Source of the DNA: Centroscyllium fabricii
Lineage: Eukaryota
Assembly (NCBI GenBank): GCA_051313645.2
Contig: JBNRSN020000008.1
Location: 29,450,001 to 29,514,000, forward strand
Length of the DNA stretch: 64,000 nucleotides
Reading direction: 5' to 3'
Part shown: positions 11,128 to 21,765 of the stretch, piece by piece
How the letters are laid out: every line of letters starts with the position of its first letter
Numbering within the stretch: the first letter of the stretch is position 1
Notes under the pieces: generated by a model
What the model saw: only the letters and a program-made list of their open reading frames with translations
What the model was told of the DNA's origin: nothing
Databases searched by the model: none
Program-made: the position numbers and the translations under genes

Positions 11128-13050
11128 ATGGCGACCGCGGCAGGACGTTGGCAGCAGGAGAGAGATATATTGGACTCAGCCTTGAATAAAAGGAGCGTAA
11201 TGGAGGAAAGGATCGCTGATTATGTGTTCAGTAAAGTGAACTTAACAAAGCAGTGGATTGGGGACCTGTTGGCAGACAAACGTCCACTGGATGCAGCTAT
11301 CCATTGGACGGGTAGCAAGGGGCATAAGAAAGCAGTAGAAAAAGCAGTATGGCTCATGTGCTATAAAAAGCAGGTCCAGCTTTCGGACCAGGTGATTGCG
11401 GCGCAGACCGCGCAGATCAAGGGGTTAGTCCTAGAAGTGGAGGAAAAGGTCTCAGGGGGGCAGCGGTTAATCACCGCGCTAGAGGCTCTGAATAATGAGC
11501 GCCAGGTGAAGACCAACCGCCATGAGGCTAGGGTCGAGCTCCTAGAAAGACAAGTAGTGGAGGCCATGTCAAGTGAAGGGAAGCTCAGGGAAAGGTGCGT
11601 CCGCCTAAGTGGCCAATTGAAGGCACAGGAGGAGGATTTACTGGAGATGAGGGCAGCGTACAAAATGTCCCTCGAGACCAAATATGAGGACGCTGATCAT
11701 AGCGCCTGCCTTAAGGAGATTCAGGACCTTAGGGAGGCCCTGAACAGGTCAAATGGCCTGGTGTGCCTCATCGACCCATCGGTGGGCGAGGTACAAGTAG
11801 CTCAGGGACCCCCGAAGCCAAAGCTAAGGAGGAGGGCGCCGGAGGCACCAGCCCCCGCGCTCCCCGCGCGATCACCCCACTATACGCAAGCATGGGAGAA
11901 AGGGGACAGAGAGGAGGTGGCGGCGAAGGTTCCCAGAATGGGGGATCCAGACCCGGCACCCATGTGTCCGGTTCGAGAGATGAGGCGGGGTCCCGACACT
12001 GCGGCTGGGGATCCCGGGCCCATCTTGAATGAGGTCATAGTGCCCCATAGCTCGCAACAAATAAGGAGCATGATAGGGCATTTCAGGAAGCTGTCCGCAG
12101 CAGGCGATCCGTCCCTGCATTTTAGAGAGGTCGAACAGGCCGCAGCGGTAAACGGCTGTGACGAAGGGGAGCAAGCCAGGATGTTGCTTTACTCCTTAGA
12201 TAGCTCTATCCTTCAGTGTCTCTCCGACGAGAGCAAGAGGGGGGATAAGGGCTATGACGACCTACGGGACGAGGTCTTAGAAGTGCTGGGAATGGACGAT
12301 GAAGGTCCGTTTGTAAGGCTGGGTAGGACCGTGCAGATGGAGGGAGAACCCCCACGGGTTTTCGCCGGGAGGCTGTGGCCTGTGTATCAGCGCAGCTGCC
12401 CAGATGTACCTGCACGGGCTGTATTGCGCGATGCCGGGAGAGCCCAATGGCTCCGGTGTATCGTTGCCAACAGCCTACCCGCCGTTAGAGAGCAGGCTAA
12501 GGTGTGGTTTGACCCCACCGATGCTCAAACCACAGAGGAGACGGTCCTCAACCGACTCACGGTTGGGTACAAAAATACGAGAAGTTCGGTGATGCACTGC
12601 GATAAGGGGAAGGTGTATGCGACTAACGCAGACGCCCCAGCGCAGAGAGAGTGGTATCAGGAGGGGGGCAACCCGGGGCAGTCTACATGTCATAGATGCG
12701 GGAAGGCAGGCCACTGGCGCAGAGACTGTAGAGCCCCGTGGAGGGAGGTCAAGGAAAGAGCTCCCGCAGCCCCAGCCCGAGCACCCACTCCCACAGGAGG
12801 TGCCGGCGCTACTCTAAGTCCCGAAACAATTGAGTCCATGCTGGGAGCCATGAAGTTTTATATGACTTCCCAGGGGAAGGTAGCCCCAACCCGAGCACCC
12901 GCTCCCACAGGAGGTGCCGGGGCGACTTTAAGTCCCGAAACGATAGAGTCCACGCTGGGGGCCATGAAGTTATATATGGCTTCCCAGGGGAAGGCAGCGG
13001 TGGCCACAGGTTCCGCAGGCACCGCAGCCCCTTACGTGGAAACCCAATGA
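11128..13050 (+). CDS. gag: Gag polyprotein (coiled-coil N-terminus, capsid-like region, CCHC zinc knuckle)
   Basis: Uninterrupted 640-codon ORF from ATG 11128; CHRCGKAGHWRRDC knuckle; duplicated C-terminal APTGGAGATLSPETIES..LGAMK motif. Confidence 0.88.
   Translation: MATAAGRWQQERDILDSALNKRSVMEERIADYVFSKVNLTKQWIGDLLADKRPLDAAIHWTGSKGHKKAVEKAVWLMCYKKQVQLSDQVIAAQTAQIKGLVLEVEEKVSGGQRLITALEALNNERQVKTNRHEARVELLERQVVEAMSSEGKLRERCVRLSGQLKAQEEDLLEMRAAYKMSLETKYEDADHSACLKEIQDLREALNRSNGLVCLIDPSVGEVQVAQGPPKPKLRRRAPEAPAPALPARSPHYTQAWEKGDREEVAAKVPRMGDPDPAPMCPVREMRRGPDTAAGDPGPILNEVIVPHSSQQIRSMIGHFRKLSAAGDPSLHFREVEQAAAVNGCDEGEQARMLLYSLDSSILQCLSDESKRGDKGYDDLRDEVLEVLGMDDEGPFVRLGRTVQMEGEPPRVFAGRLWPVYQRSCPDVPARAVLRDAGRAQWLRCIVANSLPAVREQAKVWFDPTDAQTTEETVLNRLTVGYKNTRSSVMHCDKGKVYATNADAPAQREWYQEGGNPGQSTCHRCGKAGHWRRDCRAPWREVKERAPAAPARAPTPTGGAGATLSPETIESMLGAMKFYMTSQGKVAPTRAPAPTGGAGATLSPETIESTLGAMKLYMASQGKAAVATGSAGTAAPYVETQ
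11129..11146 (+). promoter_or_regulatory. Primer-binding site, tRNA-Arg(TCG)
   Basis: TGGCGACCGCGGCAGGAC is the complement of the vertebrate tRNA-Arg(TCG) 3' end (...GTCCTGCCGCGGTCG-CCA, from recall), 3 nt after the LTR. Confidence 0.85.
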
Positions 13051-16000
13051 CTAAGACCCGCGCTGCCCATTTACCTGTGTCCGCTCCGTTATGATGCATG
13101 GAGGAGACCTCTGGTGGAAATGGAGGTGGAGAGACAGGAGGGGAATTATCTGTTGGATACGGGGGCCTCATGCACCGTGATCCACACAGAGAAGCCGTTT
13201 AATTCCCCAATGTACACCGGAGTCCCTTTTGCATTAGCAGGGTTTACGGGCAAGGAACAGGGGGGCGCGCGCTCTAGGCCACTTTCCATTCAGTTAGGAG
13301 CGCTCCACACCACTTGGGAGTGCATCCTACTGAAATGGGAAGAAGGAGGTGGCAGAGGTATAGTAGGAGCAGATTTTCTGGGAGCACACGGGATCATGAT
13401 CGACCTAAGGAACCACTGTTTATGGGCAGCCGAAAGTGGAAGAGGTGAAGTTGTGGTCATAGGGGAGGAAGAAGAGAAGGGGACCCTATGCACCATGAAG
13501 CCGTCCGGAGGTTACGACCTCGAAAGTTTGTCCAAGGGGGTTCCGGCCGACATGCAGGCGGCCGTAACGTGGAATATAAACGCCTTTGCGATCCACAAGC
13601 ACGATTGCGGGAGGGTCTTAGGGTTTGAGGTTAGCGTACAGGGGGATCCCATGTCCCGACCCCAGAAACAGTATAACTTCCCTAAAGAAGCTGAGCCCGA
13701 TCTGGAGACAGCGATGTCTTCACTGGTGCAGCAGGGCGTGTTGAGGCCGATAGCCACCCATGTGAACTCTTCGTTGTGGCCAGTAAGGAAGCCGGACAAC
13801 TCATGGAGAGCCATGGTGGATTATCGGGTCCTCAACAGTAACATCACCGCCTGCGCGCCCACGGTGGCAGCAGTTGCCGACCTGATCGGGAGTATTCCCG
13901 CTTCCGCCACGGTGTTTACGGTGTTGGATATCTCCAACGGGTTTTGGTCCATCCCGCTGCGGAGGGAGGATCAGTACAAGTTTGCCTTTACGTTTAAAGG
14001 GCAGCAGTACACGTGGAATTGTTTGCCGCAAGGCTTCCACAACAGCCCCAGTATTTTCAACCAGTGTATGGCAGGGAGTTTAAAGGAGTTTAGCCAGCCC
14101 AATCAAATAGTGCAGTACGTGGACGACTTACTTCTGTTCACGGACACGAGGGATGAGCACTTGCCACTGCTAGGCGAGCTGCTGGAATTACTGGCTAGGA
14201 AGGGTTTTAAAATAAACCCGAAGAAGGCACGGATTGGCCAGACAGAAGTAAAGTTTCTGGGTCTGACCATCCGCGCGGGGGAAAGGGCCATAGATAAGGC
14301 CAGGAGGGAGTCGGTACAGGAGCTACCGATCCCGACCACCGTAAAGGGTGAGGTCCTTTTTGGGATTGACCGGGTATTGCAGAGACTTCATTGAGGACTA
14401 TGCAGCCACAGCAGCTCCGCTGCTCCGACTCTTACATAAGGGAGTTGGGTGGTCATGGGATGAGGGTTGCCAGGCGGCGTTTGAAAAGTTGAAGAGGGAC
14501 TTGCAAACCGCGCCAGCCCTGGGGGCCATAGAGGGGGGGAAGGAGTTTTCCTTGGAGGTAGCAGCCGGCGAGGACAGCTTGAGCGCGGTGCTGCTCCAAG
14601 AGCGGCACGGCAAGCTGCGACCGGTGGTGTATTCCTCAAGGGTACTCACGGAGGTGGAGAGGGGGTTCTCCAACTGCGAACGGCATCTTTTAGCCACGCA
14701 TTGGGCCGTGAAGAGATCATTAATCTTCACGGGAACCTCTCCCATTACTCTCCTCACCCACCACACACCCACCAGGATGCTCCTGAATGGGAGGATAAAG
14801 GATGGGACCGTGAGCAGCGCGAGAATTGCGCGCTGGACTCTTCTTTTGTCCCAAATGGATTTAAAGGTGGAGGGGTTGTGCGAGCCTAAGCTCGCAGCAA
14901 ATTTGATGTACCCCGGAACAACCCATCGGTGTTCCGTGGAGGGGGTATGGGAGGTGAACATAGGTCTGCGAGCCGGGATACATCCCACGGGCCGCGAGAT
15001 CTATGTTGATGGTTCCAGCACGGTGGTGGCTGGCGAACAACTCGCGGGCTGCGGGATTTTTGACCCTACGGCAGACATTGCCCTGGCGGTTAAGCTTCCC
15101 CGCACCATGAGCGCGCAGCAGGCCGAGCTGTCGGCGGTGGCGTACGTGGTAACCCACCCCGAGACCTTCCCAACCCCGTACACAATTTGTTCAGATAGCA
15201 TGTTTACGTGCAACTCGTGCACGGAGTATCTGGCCATATGGTCACGTCGCGGGTACACTTCCGCGGACGGGCGACCATTAACGGTAAAGCCCTTGTTGGA
15301 GAAGATCCTAGCAGCAGTAGGGGAAGAAGGGGAGATCTTCATCCACAAGGTGAAGGCTCACTCTTCCACGGAACCACGTGGGGGAGGCAATCAGCGGGCG
15401 GATGCGCTGGCCAAGGAGGGTGCTCGTGAAGGCACTTTCTGGGACCCCTACAGGTCCGGACCCGTGGCAGCGATCCGGGATAAGGAGGGGAACCGCCCCA
15501 GGGTTCCCCTGCCTTTGGATCTCAAAACGGTCCAAAACCAGGATCCCGTTTTAAAAGCTGTCCTCAAAGCTATTAGTGAGGACAAGCAGGTAGAGGGCCC
15601 ATACAATAGGGCGACCCTCTCCGTTAAGGAAGGAATGTTGTTCAGAGAGGAACAGTGGGTTGTGCCGCAGCAGCACAGGAGGGAATTTCTCCAATTGGCC
15701 CACGAGGGTCCAGGAGCAGGGCACCCCGGGCCAGAGGTTACGTGGCAACGGGTGGAGCAGGCAGGATGGTGGCCGGGACTCAGGGAAGATGCCCGCGAGT
15801 TCTGCGCCAGCTGCTTGGTGTGCGCTGCGAACAACCCAGACCCCCAAAGGAGGAAAGCGCAGTTGGGGCACGTCAGGAGGGTGGAGGGACCGTGGCAGTC
15901 GATACAAGTCGACTATATAGGGCCCCTACCCACCGCCCAGGGAGGCTATAAATATTGTCTCGTCCTGGTGGACGTGTTCTCCAAATGGGTAGAAGCTTTC

Positions 16001-17704
16001 CCCTGTAGGACGGCTACGGCCTTAGGTACTGCCAGGATTTTGGTCCGGGAGGTGTTCTCACGGTGGGGACTTCCCCGTTTTGTGGAGTCCGACCAGGGGA
16101 GTCACTTCACCGGCCAAGTCATGCAGAACACCCTCATGCTCCTAGGCATTGAAGGGAAATGGCACGTAGCGCACAACCCCCAGTCGTCAGGGATTGTGGA
16201 ACGCATGAACCGTACACTTAAGGAACGGTTGAGGAAAGAGGCGATGGGCTCGCCCCAGAAATGGGCGGAGATCCTGCCTTTAATCCTCATGGGGATCAGG
16301 GCCAGCCAGTCGAAAAGTACGGGATATTCCCCGCACGAGCTAATGACTGGAAGGGCCATGCATACCCCCACTCATGTACTAGCTCCGGTGCTCATGGAAG
16401 GCCAGCTCGAAGAGGTAAAGAAGGACAGGTTTGCCCAAAATCTGTTCGAGCACCTAAAGCGAGTACATGAGCAGGCAGCAGGGAACATGGGCAGACAGCA
16501 TCAGGGGAACAAGCTGTTGCTAGAGCCCCGAAGAACGCAAGAATGGGAAGTGGGAGACCTGGTCATGGTGAGGAACTATGCCCGGGTAGGGAGTTTAGAG
16601 CCACTGTACATGGGGCCCTACAGCATTGTAGATAAGGCAAGCCCCATGGTTTATGCGGTAAAGGTGCCCCGGCGCACAAAGTGGTTTCATATTAACCAGT
16701 GTAAAAGGTATAAGTCGGGCACGCAGGGGTCGACCACAGGGGCAAGCCCTGTGAGTAGGAACGCCCAGCCAAGTGCAGGACCACAGGTCGCGCAGGCAGG
16801 TAAAGTAGCCTGCGTGAAAGGAGAGGCCCCGATGGAGGAGAGGAGGGTCTCTCGTGCTGTGTGGGATTCAGATGGGGAGGAGCTGGACCAACACGACCAG
16901 GTGTTGGATCCGATGGACCTACACGACCAGGTGTTGGACCCGATTGGCCAACCCGACCAAGGGTTGGACCTGATTGACCTACGCGACCCAGTGCTAGAGT
17001 CAATCACAGGGGAGGAGGAGGGGTCGGAGGACGGGGGTTCCGTTCTCGACTCGAATGCCGAAGAGGTAGGGATAGCGGGCGGAGACTCACCACCTGAGGA
17101 GATAGGTGAGGTGAGGTCAGAAGCCACAAGAGATCCCAGTCCCGGGGAAGCGAAGCTGAAGGAGGGAGGGTCGGTGCTGGCAGCTGTGAAGGAGTCACAG
17201 GCTGCAGCACGATCCGGCCCGGCCTTCAGTTCGTCGATGAGGCGAGAGGAGGGAACGTCGATGCTGACAGATGTGACGGGGTCACAGGCTGCAGCACGGC
17301 CTGGCCCGGTCCTCAGGTCGTCGGCCCAGGGGGCTCTCTGTCCCAGGGAAGCGAAGCTGGAGGAAGAGGGGTTGGTGCTGGCAGCTGTGAGGGAGTCACA
17401 GGCTGCAGCACAACCTGGCTCGGTCCTCAGTTCGTCGGCCCAGGGGGCAGTACCTAAAGGCACCCTCCGTCGATCGGAAAGGGTACCCCAGCACAGGAAA
17501 GCTTGGCCAGAACCGTCATATGCCCTCAGGTACCGGAACAGTACAGCGGGAAAAAGCCCCCGCAAAAGGACAATTATCTACCCCCGACAAGCAGCACCAG
17601 GCTGCGGAGAATCAAAAGCAGCGACAGGCTGCGGGGAACCAAAGGGAAGGGTCAGCAATGCACCGCCACGGGGAGCGGCCCGCTACGACCCTGACAGGGA
17701 ATAG
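13051..17704 (+). pseudogene. pol: Pro-Pol: protease, RT, degenerate RNase H (tether), RNase H, integrase; one frameshift near 14348
   Basis: LLDTGAS; LPQGFHNSP, YVDD; tether FSLEVAAG..LSAVLLQ..RPVVYSSR; RNase H IYVDGS, SAQQAEL, CSDS, KVKAHS, GNQRADALAK; IN HHCC, VDYIG/SDQG/IVERMN, GPY. In frame with gag across a single TGA. Confidence 0.92.
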
Positions 17705-18565
17705 GTAGGCCGCCCGGGAGAGGCGGCACTGTATATAATGAGAAATAAGTTTTGGTAGTGTTAAGGGAGTAGCCCGAATTAAGTTCTGAATTTTGTTACT
17801 GGTGTGACGTTTAGCATAAAGGTGAAGGGGAGTGTTTAGGTAATATGGGATCTGTCCAGGAGGTGTGCACATCTCATCACAGCCAGGCGCTCTTGGGAGG
17901 CCGGCAACCCCTTTGTTTAATTACAGAACCCAGAGAGGCGGGGATTCTGATGACGCTTGCGGTCATCAGAGATGGACTGGCCTGTCGGGGCCACACCGGG
18001 GAGTAAGGAGCAGATGCCCAGGACGGCTGGGAACGGACCCAATGGAGCATCCCAGCACGTCAGAATCTGCTTGTGGAGAGACTTGGTTTTCTGTGCCCCG
18101 GATTGAGACCATCGCACCTAGGACCAGCGCCATCATCGGTAGAAGGACTTTGTTTCATTGAGGGATAGGAAGATCCCAGCGAGCCGATGGTGGTGCCTGC
18201 GGAAGACCGCCAGAACGCTGTAAAGACTTTGGGACAAATGGGGGGATTGATGAGGGGATATATGTGTGTGTTTTATATTTTTCGGATGGTTGTGTGATGC
18301 CTCTTTCAAATAATAAACGATATGAACAGGTGGAGACGAAGGCATCGGCCTGGCAGACGTGGAAGGAACCAGGAGGTGTAAGGAATGGTTGTGTAAATAT
18401 ACGTTGCCCAGGGTAAAGGCAATGCGAGGGTGATCAAAGGGAATGGGAACCGCATGGGTCATGGGGCAAGAGTTAACTTAGGTAACCAGGAGAGTTGAGG
18501 TGTGGAGAATCGGGAATCTTGCTCAACCTTTATTAATTGATTCGCTAAGCGGGGTTATGCTAATC

Positions 18566-18577
18566 AACAGGAGGGAC
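18566..18577 (+). promoter_or_regulatory. Polypurine tract
   Basis: AACAGGAGGGAC immediately before the 3' LTR TGT at 18578. Confidence 0.7.
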
Positions 18578-18901
18578 TGTAAGGTCGCAATATTCCAAGT
18601 CAAAAACGGATTCACAAAGACCAGAAACGAAGGGATGGAGTAAACATGTTTCTTTTATTGAACAATAGCAGAAAGGACAGGCTGCAGCCTGATCAGAGAA
18701 AAAGGGGCCTCCAAGATGGCCGCCGGACCACATGACATATCGGCCAGTATCAAAACGAAACTAAAACCCAATTCGGAAAAAGCCCGCAAAAAAGCCTAGA
18801 CATGGAGGCGCTGAAAGCCAGTAAGTAAGTAACCAGCCCCTCAGAAACCGCTTAGCCCCACAAAGAAATGCACCCAGTTAAATAAGCACCCGATAAAGCT
18901 G

Positions 18902-21765
18902 TGTAACCTGGGTCTGAAACCCAGAGTCAGGGAGAATCTCCCTAAAGGGTTAAAAGTCTAGGGATCCAGTGGTCTGAGGTCAGGTGACCTCTTCGGTGCC
19001 AGTTTGTCTGGAAGTTCAGATCACATGGGGTGGTTGTCCAGGTGCGAGTATGGACAATGTTTCAGACAGGCTGGGCTGCCATGGAAACCAGCACTCGGCT
19101 CCGGCCAGTCTGTGTGATTGCTTTGCGATAGGCTGGCTAAAAGTGGGGTGAGTTACTGGAGGGTGGAGCCAGGACAGGATAAAAGGCTGGACACGCCTAG
19201 AGACAGGATTATTAAGATTGAGCTGGAGAGAAGATTGAGCTGGAGATAAGATAGAGCGCAGGAAGCAAGAAGGACAGAGGCAGATCCAAGAGCCGTCGTT
19301 GTCTCCCTTGAGATGAGGAGACTGTAGTGTACGGTCCTCATTGTCAAGCCCTATTCGGACAGTCGTAAGTAATAACTTCTGAGAAAAGGGCTTGGGGAAC
19401 AAGGTGTAAGGGTGCTAAAGTGGATGCCTTGCCATTGTAAATTGCTGATTGAAATGTGTTCTGTAAGGGTGCTAAAGCGAGTGCCTTGCCATTGTAAATT
19501 GCTGATTGAAATGTGTTCTGGAAGGGTGCTAGAGCGAGTGCCTTGCCATTGTAAAGTTCTGATTGAAGTGTGTTCTTGGGAGTGGTTGTGAGCTGAATGA
19601 ATGTGTAAATGATTTGTTGTATGACATTAATGCTGCTTTCTATTTGTGTATGCAGTTGCTAGTTGTTTAACACTGTTTGTATTTAAACTCTATCTCCCAT
19701 CCCTGTTATTAAAGTTTGTAAATATAAATTTTGTCTCTGATTCATCTCTCTCAAGTTAAAGGGGTTACATTTGGGTGGAGGTCACAGAGTTCTACACGTG
19801 GGGTACGTTAAGAACCTACGGGGTAATTGGTATTAACCTACCCGAACCCCATTCTCAGTAAAGGAGAAGGGGGGGGGCCAATCGTAAAAAGGGTTACATT
19901 TGGGGGCTCGTTTCCGGGATACTGTGACTTCCAGTTTCATACACTAGTGGAGTGAACCCACTGTTGCCGAGAGAGAGATGGACGTGAGCACGGTTACTTT
20001 GTGGTGTAGTCATGAGGACATGACTAGGTTTGGTAAGGGGGGAGTGTAACCTGGGTCTGAAACCCAGAGTCAGGGAGAATCTCCCTAAAGGGTTAAAAGT
20101 CTAGGGATCCAGTGGTCTGAGGTCAGGTGACCTCTTCGGTGCCAGTTTGTCTGGAAGTTCAGATCACATGGGGTGGTTGTCCAGGTGCGAGTATGGACAA
20201 TGTTTCAGACAGGCTGGGCTGCCATGGAAACCAGCACTCGGCTCCGGCCAGTCTGTGTGATTGCTCTGCGATAGGCTGGCTAAAAGTGGGGTGAGTTACT
20301 GGAGGGTGGAGCCAGGACAGGATAAAAGGCTGGACACGCCTAGAGACAGGATTATTAAGATTGAGCTGGAGAGAAGATTGAGCTGGAGATAAGATAGAGC
20401 GCAGGAGGAAGAGAGAAGATTGAGCAGGAGGTTAGATTGAGAAGATCCGGGGAAGATCCAGAAGGAGGTTAGATTGAGAAGATCCGGGAAAGATCCAGAG
20501 AAGCCATAAGAGAGGCAGTTCCAAGAGCCGTCGTTGTTTCCCTTGGGATGAGTAGGCTGTAGTGTACGGTACTCATTGCCAAGCCCTGTTCGGACAGTCG
20601 TGAGTGGCGGCTACTGAGAGAAGGGCTTGGGGAAGACGAGGTTGCAGGAAGCAGAGGGTGGAGAAGTGTGTTTGATGCCCACTGCTGGAAGATGCTGGAG
20701 GCTTTCGTGTTAAAAGGACTGAGAGACAGTCCCAAGAGCCGTCGTTGTTTCCCTTGAGATGAGTAGGCTGTAGTGTACGGTACTCATTGCCAAGCCCTGT
20801 TCGGACAGTCGTGAGTGGCGGCTACTGAGAGAAGGGCTTGGGGAAGACGAGGTTGCAGGAAACAGAGGGTGGAGAAGTGTGTTTGATGCCCATTGCTGGA
20901 AGAGGCTGGAGGCTTTCGTGTTAAAAGGACTGAGAGACAGTTCCAAGAGCCGTCGTTGTTTCTCTTGAGATGAGTAGGCTGTAGTGTACGGTACTCATTG
21001 TCAAGCCCTATTCGGACAGTCGTGAGTGGCGGCTACTGAGAGAAGGGCTTGGGGAAGACGAGGTTGCAGGAAGCAGAGGGTGGAGAGCTGTGTGCGACGC
21101 CCACTGCTGGAAGATGCTGGAAGCTTTCGTGTTAAAAGGACAGAGGCAGATCCAAGAGCCGTCGTTGTCTCCCTTGAGATGAGGAGACTGTAGTGTACGG
21201 TCCTCATTGTCAAGCCCTATTCGGACAGTCGTAAGTAATAACTTCTGAGAAAAGGGCTTGGGGAACAAGGTGTAAGGGTGCTAAAGTGGATGCCTTGCCA
21301 TTGTAAATTGCTGATTGAAATGTGTTCTGTAAGGGTGCTAAAGCGAGTGCCTTGCCATTGTAAATTGCTGATTGAAATGTGTTCTGGAAGGGTGCTAGAG
21401 CGAGTGCCTTGCCATTGTAAAGTTCTAATTGAAGTGTGTTCTTGGGAGTGGTTGTGAGCTGAATGAATGTGTAAATGATTTGTTGTATGACATTAATGCT
21501 GCTTTCTATTTGTGTATGCAGTTGCTAGTTGTTTAACACTGTTTGTATTTAAACTCTATCTCCCATCCCTGTTATTAAAGTTTGTAAATATAAATTTTGT
21601 CTCTGATTCATCTCTCTCAAGTTAAAGGGGTTACATTTGGGTGGAGGTCACAGAGTTCTACACGTGGGGTACGTTAAGAACCTACGGGGTAATTGGTATT
21701 AACCTACCCGAACCCCATTCTCAGTAAAGGAGAAGGGGGGGGGGGCAATCGTAAAAAGGGTTACA
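18902..21765 (+). mobile_element. Non-autonomous LTR element (TRIM-like): LTR 18902-19898, 146-bp internal segment, LTR 20045-21765
   Basis: TGTAACC...GGTTACA LTRs; 4-bp TSD GCTG; tRNA-Pro-like PBS TGGGGGCTCGT(TT)CCGGGAT at 19901-19920; PPT AAGGGGGGAG at 20035-20044. Confidence 0.93.
20521..21270 (+). repeat. ~211-bp tandem repeat (3 full units plus a partial) inside the nested 3' LTR
   Basis: CCAAGAGCCGTCGTTGT recurs at 20521, 20732, 20943, 21152; followed by three copies of a ~57-bp repeat present in both LTRs. Confidence 0.92.

Noticed and set aside
14340-14400. Programmed frameshift between the two pol ORFs
   Set aside because: It falls mid-RT and is a +1 shift; adding 2 nt restores the usual KGVRSFLG motif. 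More likely a mutation or sequencing error.
16687-17565. 292-aa antisense ORF (and similar antisense ORFs over the Gypsy gag-pol copies)
   Set aside because: Shadow of GC-rich repetitive sense ORFs; no recognisable motifs.
17705-18577. env gene
   Set aside because: Only ORFs of about 100 aa or less; no signal peptide, furin site plus fusion peptide, or TM anchor pattern.
20521-21270. CRISPR-like repeat array
   Set aside because: Units are whole 211-bp tandem copies with no unique spacers, inside a eukaryotic LTR.
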